64,000 bases of DNA from Octopus vulgaris (taxonomy: Eukaryota), in assembly GCA_951406725.2 (NCBI GenBank), contig OX597814.1:28210001-28274000 (forward strand), read 5' to 3'. The position numbers were made by a program, and so were the translations under genes. The stretch's first letter is position 1. Each line of letters begins with the position of its first letter. The notes under the pieces were generated by a model that ran no database searches, was not told where the DNA came from, and saw only the letters and a list, made by a program, of their open reading frames with translations. Of the stretch, positions 12,758-24,767 are shown piece after piece.

Positions 12758-15202
12758 GAGAGCCATGAACTGCTAACAGAACTGTACATGCCTTCCCAGA
12801 GAGCCATGAACTGCTAACAGAACTGTACAATGATGTTTTGCAACACCCTAGTAGGATGCCTCCTTGGCTACTTAAGGGGTTAACATTCCTGCTTCCAAAA
12901 AGTGAAGAAACAAATGAACCAAAAAACTATAGACCCATAACCTGCTTAACAACTATGTATAAAACGCTAACATCTGTCCTGACGAAATATACTTATAATT
13001 TTTTAACAGACAGCAGCATATTCCCTAATGAACAGAAAGGATGTAAACGTGGATCCTACGGCTGTAAAGATCAACTACTCATCAATAAGATGATCTTAGA
13101 AGATTGTCACAAACGACACAAAAACTTATCAATAGCCTGGATAGACTATAAAAAGGCTTTTGATAGCCTACCACATAGCTGGATTAGGAAATGCCTGGAA
13201 ATGTATAAGATAGCACCTACTCTGCGAAACTTTTTCACTGTAAGTATGAGATCATGGAGAACCACACTAACTCTGAACAGTGACAATGAATCCCTGAATG
13301 CTGGTGATGTAAAAATTTCGTGTGGCATTTTCCAGGGTGACTCACTGTCACCACTCCTCTTTTGTTTAGCCTTAATACCTCTCTCAAAACTGCTCAATGA
13401 CGCGCAGTACGGGTATAAAATGTTTGATAAAAATATAAATCATCTCATTTACATGGATGATTTAAAGCTTTTTGCAAAAAATGACCAACAACTCAAGGGC
13501 TTACTAGCGATAGTCAAACAATTCAGTGACGACATCAGAATGCAATTCAGCCTCGATAAATGTGCAAAAGCTACCTTTATCAAAGGAAAAATGACAGAAA
13601 CATCTAACGTTAACCTTGACCAGCAGAATGTCATAAAAGAACTAGACTCAGCAGAGAGCTACAAGTACCTAGGGGTAATTGAAGGGAACGGAATAAGGCA
13701 TTCAGAGGTGAAGGAAAAGATCAGGAGAGAATGTTATCGAAGAGTGAGAGCAATACTCAAGACAGAACTGAATGCAAGAAACAGGATCGAAGCGATCAAT
13801 ACATTAGCCATACCAGTCGTGACTTACAGTTTTAGTATCGTTAACTGGTCAATTACTGAAATATGTCAGCTCGACAGAAAAATAAGAAAACTGTTGACAA
13901 TGCATAGAATGCACCACCCTAAGGCAGATACAGAACGACTTTATCTGCCAAGAAAAGAGGGAGGCCGTGGTCTTCTGCAACTGGCAATAACAATGAAGAT
14001 TGCTACAATTGGCCTATACACCTACCTGAAAAAGTCTGAGGACTGGATGTTAAAACTTGTCTCAAAACATGAAAACAAGAAAGCATCATACTCAGTAACA
14101 AAACAGGCAAAGGAATATCTAAGTGAATTCCGAATACAACAAATTTCGGAATTAGAGATAGTCATACAAGAAACAAGCACAGAAAAAGCTAAGCGCATGA
14201 AAACCCGTGCCAAAACTGCAGCCTTAAATATTCTGAATAATAAATGGCAAGAAAAACCTCTCTATGGCAAATACCCAAAGAGAGCGAATAATGCAGATAT
14301 TGACAAAGCCCTGACCCATCAATGGCTAATGGCCTCTGGCTTAAAATCTGAAACAAGGGTTTATCATAGCAGCTCAAGATCAATGCCTACCAACAAGAAA
14401 CTACCAGGCCAACATATTAAAGAACGGCAGTAGCCCAACATGTCGTGTATGCCGACAACAAAATGAAACCATTGATCATGTTGTCTCTAAATGCAGTCTT
14501 CTAGCGTCTACAGAGTATCTCAACAAGCATGATAGAGCTGCACAATATATTCACTGGGTAATTTGCAAAAACCTGGATTTGCCCCATGAAAAAAACTGGT
14601 GGGAACACAATCCACCTCCAGTACTTGAAAATGACCACATCTCACTCCTTTGGAACTTCACCATTCAAACTGACAGAAAGATAGACGCAAATAGGCCAGA
14701 CATCATATTGAAAGACTTCAGACAAAGAACATGCCTCCTCATTGATATGACTGTCCCAATCGATATAAACGTATCTGTCAAGACCTACTGAGCAAATATA
14801 AAGATCTTGAAATAGAAATCAGCAAAATGTGGAAGCTGAAGACTAAAACAATACCTGTTGTCATAGGTGCCCTGGGAATGATAGCAAAAGGGGCTGATTG
14901 CTACCTAACTCAGATATCAGGAAACCCTAAAATGGTAGAAATTCAAAAGATAGTGCTCATGGGAACTGCTCATATCCTACGCAAAATACTCTCTATGTAA
15001 TCCCAAGGTTTAAAACAAACAACTTTTTTTAAAAATCTATGTATTAGACATTCACTAGTACAACACCAAAAAGAAAAAAAACCCCCAAATATATGGCACA
15101 CTAGGCATAACAACAATGTGAACTTCCAACCTGTTGTCTCTTGAGATCTCTGGGTGAGACTTGGAGCCAACTTGTACAGACATAAAGCAAAAGTCAAACA
15201 TA

Positions 15203-15203
<1 letters not shown>
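12758..15203 (+). mobile_element. 5'-truncated Dong/R4-clade non-LTR retrotransposon inserted in (TAA)n
   Basis: RT, CCHC finger and restriction-like endonuclease; ~200-bp 3' UTR; (TAA)n at about 12713-12756 and 15204-15263, the target known for Dong elements. Confidence 0.92.
12790..15000 (+). pseudogene. Disrupted RT/REL-endonuclease ORF of the Dong/R4-like element
   Basis: NYRPITCL, DYKKAFDS, GIFQGDSLSPLLF, YMDD (13450-13461), YKYLG; frameshift near 14355, then CRVC-X8-H-X4-C (14441-14494) and RPDII..LIDMTVP; second lesion near 14788; ends GTAHILRKILSM* at 15000. Confidence 0.9.
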
Positions 15204-15264
<61 letters not shown>

Positions 15265-15269
15265 GTGGT

Positions 15270-15478
15270 TTCAAAGTTTGCCACAAGGGCAACAATTTCG
15301 AAGGAGGGGTGAGTCGATTACATTGATCCCAATATTTCACTGGTGCTTAATTTATCAACATTGAAAGGATGAAAAGCAAAATCGATCTCGGCGGAATTTG
15401 AACTCAGAACGTAAGGACGGACGAAATGCCGCTAAGCTTTTTCCCGGCGTGCTAACGATTCTGCCAGCTCGCCGCCTT
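15270..15478 (-). mobile_element. SINE family A
   Basis: A/B boxes and core. Confidence 0.8.
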
Positions 15479-15486
15479 TATCTGAA

Positions 15487-15542
<56 letters not shown>

Positions 15543-15554
15543 ATGCTGAGAGCT

Positions 15555-15892
15555 GAGACCCGCTTCGGTCATGGCTGACCATAGGATTGCACCTAGAAAG
15601 TTATCCTCCCAGGCACAAGTCAGGGCAAGGTTGTTTATGGAAGACCAGCAGTTACCCATGCATACCGACCTCCCCTCTCCACGCCACCAGTGTTATCCAA
15701 GGGAAAGGCAAAGGGGCTGATACAGCTTGGCACCTGTGACGTCGCAACTCATTTCTACAGCTGAGTGAACTGGAGCAACGTGAAATAAAGTGTCTTGCTC
15801 AAGAGCACTACACGCAGCCCGGTCCAGGATTCGAACTCACAACCTCACGATCGTAAGCTCGACTCTCTAGCCACTGAACCATGCGCCTTCAC
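15555..15892 (-). mobile_element. SINE family D, full length
   Basis: Head GTGAAGGCGCATGGTTCAGTGG..GAGTTCGAATCC, then CTTGAGCAAGACACTTT; D tail; (TAG)n adjacent at 15486-15543. Confidence 0.85.
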
Positions 15893-15911
15893 AATAATAA
15901 TAATAATAATA

Positions 15912-16291
15912 ATAGAAATCATCAAAATGTGGAACCTGAAGACTAAAACAATACCTGTTGTCATAGGTGCCCTGGGAATGATAGCAAAAAGGGCTGATTG
16001 CTACCTAACTCAGATACTAGGAAACCCTAAAATGGCAGAAATTCAAAAGATAGTGCTCATGGGAACTGCTCATATCCTACGCAAAATACTCTCTATGTAA
16101 CCTCAAGTTTTAAAACAAACATAATTTTCGTATGTTTTTTAGACATTCACTAGTACAACACTAAGTAGAAAACCAAATATATGGAACCCTAGGCATAACA
16201 CCAACATGAACTTCCAACTTGTTGTCTCTTGAGGTCTCTGGGTGAGACTTGAAGCCAGCTTGTGCAACTGTAAAGCAAAAGTCAAACATAG
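15912..16291 (+). mobile_element. Second, heavily 5'-truncated copy of the Dong/R4-like element
   Basis: Near-identical to about 14812-15203 (IEI.KMW.LKTKTIPVVIGALG..RKILSM* plus 3' UTR); (TAA)n on both sides. Confidence 0.9.
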
Positions 16292-16797
16292 AATGATAAT
16301 AATAATAATAATAAGGATAATAATAATAAAAGGTACCAGTTCAGTGCAGTGTATTTGCAGAAGTGCAAAAATCGAACAATGTTTTGCGATGTATGTTTTA
16401 GCATGTATGAGATAACCACTTAGCGCATTTGGTACTTTTCGCAGGGTCCTCTCTATTGCAAACATTAGAGCCAAGTCCTTCAGTTAAAATATATCTTCTT
16501 CATTCACTCCCATTGTTCTCGAAGGCTCTTTAAAATGGTCCTGGACATCAACTCCTCTCCTTACTAAATGATAAGGAAAAAAAAAATTTGTCATTTAGAA
16601 AGGGTAAACAAAAGCAAACAAAAACAAGAGAGAAATCAAATCAGGTGACAAACAAGTGAACCATCTGTAAAGTGACCTAAAAACCATTCCCAGCGAGTCA
16701 TATGATATTTGATGCCATCGTACTTATGCTCAGTGAATCTGTGAAACTATAATTTTCCTTCTCCTTTTCTCTTCCTCTCTGTCTTCTTCTCAGTGTA

Positions 16798-16841
<44 letters not shown>

Positions 16842-16879
16842 CACACACACACACACACACACACATTTATATACATGTA

Positions 16880-17035
16880 GTCGTAGATGTGGAAATTTGG
16901 TAAGGCGTTTACTTCCCAACTATATAGTTCCGGGTTCAGTCCCACTGTACGGCACCTTAGACGAGTGTCTTTTACTATAGCCTTGGGAGTGGATATGCTA
17001 GACGGAAACTGAAAGAATCTCGTCATATATATATA
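16880..17035 (+). mobile_element. SINE G 5' part, decayed
   Basis: GTTCCGGGTTCAGTCCCACTG..GACGGAAACTGAAAGAA. Confidence 0.65.
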
Positions 17036-17344
17036 TATATATTTCCTATCTTGATATTTTTTCCTATCTTGTCTGAAATGGATTTGTGACTATTCGGTGG
17101 TACAGAAGAGTTTTGCTCAGAAACAAAACGCGTCGCATGGTCCAGGAATCGAAACTACAATCTTACGATCATGAATCCGACACCCTAACCACCAAGCCAC
17201 GTGCCTCCGCAGTAAATTTGAGTGGAGTCAGCTTGTCGATTACCTCGACTCCCGGGGCTCGATTAGCACGTATTTTATCATCCCCGAAAGGAAGAATGGT
17301 GAAGTCGAGTCGGTGGAATTTGAAGAACATAAAGAGTCAGAAGA

Positions 17345-17582
17345 AATACCTATTTCTTTATTACCCACTAGGGGCTAAACATAGAAGGGACAAACAAGGA
17401 CAGACATAGGTATTAAGTCGATTACATCGACCCCAGTGCGTAACTGGTACTTAATTTATCGACCCCGAAAGGATGAAAGGCAAAGTCGACCTTGGCGGAA
17501 TTTGAACTCACAACGTAACGCAGACGAAATACCGCTAAGCATTTCGCCCGGCGTGCTAACGTTTCTGCTAGTTCTCCGCCTT
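17345..17582 (-). mobile_element. Young SINE A nested in an older SINE A
   Basis: Full tail and head; flanked by AGAAGAAATACC on both sides, with older SINE A remnants at about 17225-17345 and 17583-17630. Confidence 0.8.
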
Positions 17583-17649
17583 AGAAGAAATACCACTAAG
17601 CATTTTGTCAGACATGCTAACAATTCTACTAAAAAATATAAAAATATAA

Positions 17650-18270
17650 AAAGGACGGTAAATTTTGAAGAATGTTGGAGCTATTGCGTTGTGTCTGATT
17701 TTTTTCTCTCGCTAGTTTTGAATGCCATCAATTCCAGGATTTCTCCAGTTCCTAACGCGATTTAAAGAAAGCTTCAGTCAAACCAGATATCATCAATACT
17801 TCTTGCAAACTCCTCTACCCAGCTATTGTTTTTCTTATATTTACCTTCGTTTTCGAGTATACATTTCCCAAATGTAATTCTTCTTTAGTGGCTGTCATAT
17901 TCAACATTTATGTTCTTAGCACGTATTATCTTAAAGTATATTTGCAGGTTATCAAAAGAAGAGTTTTTAAGAATACCTCTTTTCTAAAACAGTCTATTAT
18001 TTAGAAACGATTATAAAGTTTTTGGTTTTTGCTTTAAGTGTTCAAGTGTTTGCAGTCAGGTTTCTTAAATGTTTATGTTGCACTTAATCATCATTCGCTA
18101 CGTATTTATGTTAATTTTTCAAGAAGGGTTTTTTTACTAACATCTGGTTTATTTTACTTGCTTTTCTATGCAGAATATTTATTTTATACTTTAATTTACT
18201 CTTCTAGCTATCTGTTCTGTTCTGAGCTGGCTACTTCTGTCTTTTGTAGTGGTACATTGTTTATTCAATA
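17650..18270 (-). pseudogene. Ancient Dong/R4-like ORF remnant (region upstream of RT)
   Basis: Minus-strand RVRNWRNPGIDGIQN* (about 17710-17759) resembles NWKAPGPDGI.N.W; a nearby decayed stretch reads approximately W.CILENEGKYKKNNSWV. Confidence 0.5.
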
Positions 18271-18599
18271 ACACATAACCTATTGTCGTATTGTTTAATT
18301 GGATAATAGAAAAGGGTATCATAATGTTGTGATACGTTAAACCACTATGTACAATTGCTGATTGCGTCCCTTAATCTATATTGATCAGTAAGAGAGGAGA
18401 AGACACTTCAGCCTCTTGAAAGTATTTTAACATGCTGTTGATACATTTATCATCGGTTTCATCTGGTTCATCTGGTTCATCTGCTAAGGAATGTTCTCGA
18501 AATCTCACTGCTTCAGAAGTCAGAGTTGCTGTTACTGGAAAGGTACAATGGCTGGTGGTGGTAATGTTCGCGTTGTTATCGTTATGTTGATCGGGAACA

Positions 18600-18661
<62 letters not shown>

Positions 18662-18699
18662 CATTATTATTATTATTATTATTATTATTGTTGTTGTTG

Positions 18700-19030
18700 T
18701 TGGTTCGTACTTATTCTTGGTAGAATTTATGTGGGGAACGGGTTATTGCCTGTAACCTTAAGTATCCACAGGCTTTCGATAGTCTCCATAGTGCTTAAGG
18801 CCCTTCTGATTATCTTTCCTGTCTGTAAGAGGTAAACTTTTTGTAGAAACTCTACATACAGGCCGTTCTATTTCAGTCTCCTTCAACCGTTTGTCTATAC
18901 CTTTGCTTACAGTTCTCAATGCACCAATTATTGTAAGCACAACCCTTGGTGTTTCCATATTCCAAATTCTTGCAATTTCAAATTTTAAGGGATTGTATTA
19001 TTTTTGTTGTTGTTTTTCGACTTCTTTACT
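18700..19030 (-). mobile_element. 3' fragment of a third Dong/R4-like family
   Basis: YNPLKFEIARIWNMETPRVVLTIIGALRTVSK..GKIIRRAL; flanked by (TTA)n at 18601-18690 and (CAT)n at 19037-19063. Confidence 0.7.
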
Positions 19031-19197
19031 ATCCTATCATCATCATCATCATCATCATCATCATGTTTTACTTCTTAGAGCTCTCGATCTTACTTGCTCC
19101 TGTTAATTCTGTGAAAGCGGACAGCAACCTGTTGTCAAAAGTCTCCCATGAGTCGCCCAGGGTCTCTTTTCACGAATTTTGGTACCAAGGTGTTATA

Positions 19198-19513
19198 GGA
19201 GCACTCCGTCGGTTACGACGACGAGGGTTCCAGCTGATACGATCAACGGAACAGCCTGCTCGTGAAATTACCGTGCATGTGACTAAGCAATCCACAGATA
19301 CGTGTACCCTTAACGTAGTTCTCAGGGAGATTCAGCGCGACGCAGAGTGTGACAAGGCCGGCCCTTTGAAATACAGGTGCAATTAATTTTTGCCAGCAGA
19401 GGGGAATGGAACAACGTGAAATAAAGTGTCTTGCTCAAGGACACAATGCATCGCCTGGAATTGAACTCACACCCTTACAATCGTGAGCTGAATGCCCTAA
19501 CCACTAAGCCACG
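19198..19513 (-). mobile_element. SINE family C (C head + B-type tail)
   Basis: Matches 61626-61950. Confidence 0.85.
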
Positions 19514-19526
19514 TTAATTATTATCT

Positions 19527-20415
19527 ATCTATATAGAATTATTTGTCTGTCTGTCTGCCTGTCTGTTCCCTAAGCATTCTCAAACAGTTCGATCAAATCA
19601 AATCAAATTTTACAAAGTAATAGCATCAGACCTCGTGAGTGTCAACATGCAATTTTGTTTTCGTTTGGATTAAAGCAAAATAACATTGGCACTGGTTCTG
19701 TATTACGTGTCAAAAGTGAAAGAATAAGATCTATATTGAAATGTGATATAATATTTTTTCACTTTTATTCTTTCACTTTTAATTCTTATGTGATAACACT
19801 AAGATCATATTATTTCTATTATATTTAAGAGACTTTCTCAAGATCACCAAACGTATGCTACAGTACGTCAAATAGTCTCAAGAAAGAAAGGAGATGAGAC
19901 TTTCTCAAGATCAGCAAAGGCATGCTTGCGGCACGTCAAAGGAGTCTCAAGACGAAATTGAGATGAGACTTTTCCAAGATAAGCAAAATGCATGCTACAG
20001 CACATCAAATGGAATGTCAAGAGGGAAGGGAAATGATACTTTCCTAAGATCACCAAACGTATGCTGCAACACATCAAATAGAGTTTCAACACAGAAGAGA
20101 GATGAGACTTTCTCAAGGCAACCCGAAGGAGGTGTCAAAACTTCAGAAGATGGGTCGTGTTAGATGCAGCACTGACCACCGCAAAGGAAGGTGTATCCAC
20201 TGAAAGTTTTTCGGCACGTTCAAAAATCACATTGCACCTACTCCCAATTTTTCATAACAGGTTAGGGTCTGGAATACTGCAAATGTCGCTTAGTCGAATT
20301 AGCCATATTTTGTCGTCAATACTGCACTTTCCCGTATCACCTGTTTCAACATAACTATAGTATATATTCAAAATATACTATTTTAATCTCGAACAACGCC
20401 GGGTATCTCAGTTAG
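19527..20415 (+). mobile_element. Non-autonomous Helitron carrying a 69-bp repeat remnant
   Basis: 5' TCTATATA..(TGTC)n; 3' CTCGAACAACGCCGGG hairpin then TTAG|T (decayed CTAG); internal repeats at 19829, 19896, 19965, 20035 and 20104. Confidence 0.65.
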
Positions 20416-20516
20416 TTATAATAATAATAATAATAATAATTAATTCGTTTATTGGCCACAAGGGCTAACAAAAATCAAATAAAACATGTAAGGACAAAAT
20501 ACAGGACGAAAGTTAC

Positions 20517-20581
<65 letters not shown>

Positions 20582-20597
20582 TAATAATAATAATAAT

Positions 20598-21282
20598 GGG
20601 GGAGCATCATAGCCATGTGTTGAGAGGGATTCTTTGGGGTTTGAATAATTCACCTCTGGAAACATGGGTGGTTCTTTCAACATCCTTAAACAACCCTTAT
20701 TCAGGGACCTTTTGAGCGGGATGGGCTACTCAACCTGAAGAAAATTCTAACTGGGCCCCACCTGCAAGGTCATGTGCTGTTTATCTTGATATGAGATCAC
20801 CATGTCGCGCACATATGGTTGTGATGCATGTGCCTGGTGTACCCTTATCAGACGGGTAGTCATGATGGGTATATTGGGCTTCGTATTTTTTACCCCAGTG
20901 TCACTTTGATGGCATGCTCTGCTCGCTCACTCAATAATAATAATAATGGGGGAGCATCGTAGCCATGTGTTGAGAGGGATTCTTTGGGGTTTGAATAATT
21001 CACCTCTGGAAACATGGGTGGTTCTTTCAACATCCTTAAACAACCCTTATTCAGGGACCTTTTGAGCGGGATGGGCTACTCGACCAGAAGAAAATTCTAA
21101 CTGGGCCCCACCTGCAAGGTCATGTGCTGTTTATCTTGATATGAGATCACCATGTCGCGCACATATGGTTGTGATGCATGTGCCTGGTGTACCCTTATCA
21201 GACGGGTAGTCATGATGGGTATACTGGGCTTCGTATATTTTACCCCAGTGTCACTTTGATGGCATGAACTGCTCTCTCACTC
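20598..21282 (+). mobile_element. Two 335-bp copies of a (TAA)n-embedded element
   Basis: 20598-20932 and 20948-21282, 8 substitutions apart, identical ends, each flanked by (TAA)n; 5' end reads HSHVLRGIL, like the Dong C-terminal TAHILRKIL. Confidence 0.75.
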
Positions 21283-21455
21283 AATAATAATAATAATAAT
21301 AACGTGACTACCACATTTACTTGCTTCACTCGTATTTTACAGCCTTGTTTTCTAACGTAGTCGACCAATATCTTCTGTTGCTGTGCATTTTACTATTTTT
21401 TCGCATGCTCGAATAATTTTTGTCAGCTGTTTGTTGTTCGGTGTAAGTTATAAGA

Positions 21456-21840
21456 GTGGAGGCGCAATGGCCCAGTGGTTAGAGCAGCGGACTCGCGGTC
21501 ATAGGATCGCGGTTTCGATTCCCAGACCGGGCGTTGTGAGTGTTTATTGAGCGAAAACACCTAAAAGCTCCACGAGGCTCCGGCAGGGGATGGTGGTGAT
21601 CCCTGCTGTACTCTTTCACCACAACTTTCTCTCACTCTTACTTCCTGTTTCTGTTGTACCTGTATTTCAAAGGGCCGGCCTTGTCACTCTCTGTGTCACG
21701 CTGAATATCCCCGAGAACTACGTTAAGGGTACACGTGTCTGTGGAGTGCTCAGCCACTTACACGTTAATTTCACGAGCAGGCTGTTCCGTTGATTCGGAT
21801 CAACCGGAACCCTCGTCGTCGTAACCGACAGAGTGCTTCC
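21456..21840 (+). mobile_element. SINE family B, full length
   Basis: TSD AAGTTATAAGA at 21445-21455 and 21841-21851. Confidence 0.92.
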
Positions 21841-22304
21841 AAGTTATAAGAATGTATATTTGTTTCTGGTATCGATGCATTAATCTTCTGTACGACGTCG
21901 GAGCATTTATGACGGGTTAACAGTAGCTTCTTTTGGCCATTTTGTTTTCTGTTTCGTTGTTGTTGTTGTTGTTTTTTTTTTACAGCGTATATTTAGAAGA
22001 CAGACTGACTCAGTGTGTTTCTCATAATCATTATATTATTTCAAATGAGAAGAACATCGAACAAAATGACGCCAAATTTGTGGCTCTGTGTCAAAGTTAG
22101 AAATCAGCAATAAATTTATTAAGGCTATGAAAAAACAATTTTGTTCTATTTTATACAGTCAAACATGGCTGCCTTTACACTGTCGATCGACCGGCTAAAA
22201 ACAGCTACCATATCTCCCTTATCACATACCCTTAGAAATCTTAAGGCGCGATTCGTAAAAAATGAGGAGACATTTTCGTGGTTTGACTCCAGGTTCACTT
22301 TGTC

Positions 22305-22722
22305 TTATTTCTTTAATGCCCACAAGGGGTTAAACATAGAGGGGTCAAACAAGGACAGACAAAGGGATTAAGTTGATTACATCGACCCCAGTGCTTAACT
22401 GGTACTTAATTTATCGACCCCGAAAAGATGAAAGACAAAGTCGACCTCGGCGGAATTTGAACTCAGAACATAAAGACAGACGAAATACCTATTTCTTTAC
22501 TACTCACAAGGGGCTAAACACAGAGGGGACAAACAAGGACAGACAAAGGGATTAAGTTGATTACATCGACCCCAGTGCGTAAACTGGTACTTAATTTATC
22601 GACCCCGAAAAGATGAAAGACAAAGTCGACCTCGGCGGAATTTGAACTCAGAACACAGCGGCGGAAGAAATACCACAAAGCATTTCGCCCGGCGTGCTAA
22701 CGATTCTGCCAGCTCACCGTCT
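22305..22722 (-). mobile_element. SINE A head-to-tail dimer
   Basis: Two cores; TSD AG(G/A)TTCACTTTGTCTTA at 22291-22307 and 22725-22741 flanks the whole dimer. Confidence 0.88.
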
Positions 22723-23214
22723 TTAGATTCACTTTGTCTTAGCAAACGACGAGAAGATCACACCTAGAATGTCTTTGATCATGGGTCTGCTCACCCAGGG
22801 GTGCCCTTGGGTTAAAACCACAGGTACATTATATGAATCAACTTATAAAAGGCAATTAAATCAATATAAAAGTCATTCGTTAACAATTTCCCTCAAAATG
22901 TATACAGCTCCGCAGGATCATGTTACACACCAAAATTGTAAAGAAAATACCCGCATTATTTGACAGGGACAATACATGCCGACAGTTATTGCTGAGGGAG
23001 AAATAAAGATTGTTATTTTAACTGATTTACGGACCTAAATCAACATAGAATGGTTATGTTAAGATTTGTAAGACAACATTTATGTTCGAAACAAATTTAG
23101 GCGGGAACAAGGAAGCAGTGATTCTTTTTTTATTTTATAGCGAAAACGGTAGAATGCCTTATAATTTTCTATTCCAATTCTTTCCATTCTGGTTAATACG
23201 ACCAGACAGAGAAA

Positions 23215-23700
23215 CCGCCACCACTACACTAGTGTCATAACCGCCACCACTACACTAGTGTCATAACCGCCACCACTACACTCGTGTCATAACCGCCACC
23301 ACTACACTCGTGTCATAACCGCCACCACTATACTAGTGTCATAACCGCCACCACAACACTAGTGTCATAACCGCCACCACAACACTAGTGTCATAACCGC
23401 CACCACTACACTAGTGTCATAACCGCCACCACTACACTAGTGTCATAACCGCCACCACTACACTAGTGTCATAACCGCCACCACTACACTAGTGTCATAA
23501 CCGCCACCACTACACTAGTGTCATAACCGCCACCACTACACTAGTGTCATAACCGCCACCAATACACTAGTGTCATAACCGCCACCACTACACTAGTGTC
23601 ATAACCGCCACCAATACACTAGTGTCATAACCGCCACCAATACACTAGTGTCATAACCGCCACCACTACACTAGTGTCATAACCGCCACCAATACACTAG
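23215..23700. repeat. 26-bp minisatellite, ~18.7 copies
   Basis: Unit CCGCCACCACTACACTAGTGTCATAA, containing the palindrome ACACTAGTGT. Confidence 0.95.
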
Positions 23701-23730
23701 CCCTTCTCCTCCTCGTCCTCCTACTTATCA

Positions 23731-24243
23731 ACATCGTCGTCGTCGTCATCATAATCATTATCATCACTATAATTATTTTCTGCCAGCTCGCCAGGGCGGC
23801 GAATTGGCAGAAACGTTAGCACGTCGGTCGAGATGCTTAGCGGTATTTCGTCTGCCGTTACGTTCTGAGTTCAAATTCCACCGAGATCGACTTTGCCTTT
23901 CATCCTTTCGGGGTCGATAAATTATGTACCAGTTACGCACTGGGGTCGCGACATCGTCGTCGTCGTCATCATCATCATTATCATCACTATAATTATTTTC
24001 TGCCAGCTCGCCAGGGCGGCGAATTGGCAGAAACGTTAGCACGTCGGGCGAGATGCTTAGCGGTATTTCATCTGCCGTTACATTCTGAGTTCAAATTCCG
24101 CCGAGGTCGACTTTGCCTTTCATCCTTTCGGGGTCGATAAATTAAGTACCAGTTACGCACTGGGGTCGATATAATCGAATTAATACCTTTGTGTTTCCTT
24201 GTTTGTCCCCTCTATGTTTAGCCCTTTGTGGGTAATAAAGAAG
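23731..24243 (+). mobile_element. SINE A with a 220-bp tandem duplication including its 5' flank
   Basis: Unit ACATCGTCGTC.. at 23731 and 23951; target-like CACTATAATTATTTTCT repeated after the tail at about 24252. Confidence 0.85.
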
Positions 24244-24703
24244 TATATCAACACTATAATTATTTTCTTTCACGCTCTGTTTTCACTGCGCCAATGATTA
24301 TGTTTGCTTTCTGAGGCGTTAAACGGATGAGAGGAAAATAGACAACTGGATACGACGCCTATCTATCGCAGCTAAGTTTTCCCATAGACAGAACTCTACT
24401 CAGTGCTGCACAGATGCCAACGAACAACTTGTATATTTTCACTGCTACCACTGCCCAACGGTGAATTAAACCACGGAAAAATGTAACTACTTTCATAGGC
24501 GAGTTCATAGAAGAGTGTAGGTAATTGATTAGTCGCCGAGGGAGAGAGAGAGGGGCAGGGAGAGAGAGAATGAAAAGAGAGAGAGAAAGAGAGAGAATAT
24601 ATGTGAGATGTATTGTTGGACTGATTGCAAGATGACCACCAAGGAGATGATAACGTGTATGTATGTATATGTATATTAAATTCTCTTAACTGTATATACA
24701 AAC

Positions 24704-24741
<38 letters not shown>

Positions 24742-24767
24742 TACTGCAAGGATATAAATATCTCTTA

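Noticed and set aside
21456-21535. tRNA gene at SINE heads
   Set aside because: A/B boxes are present but continue into SINE bodies with TSDs; no clean acceptor stem or terminator
21590-21793. Recurrent small ORFs such as MVVIPAVLFHHNF.., MLGGQTQTH.. and MRNWYLIYRPRKDER..
   Set aside because: Incidental frames inside multi-copy SINEs, broken by indels in other copies
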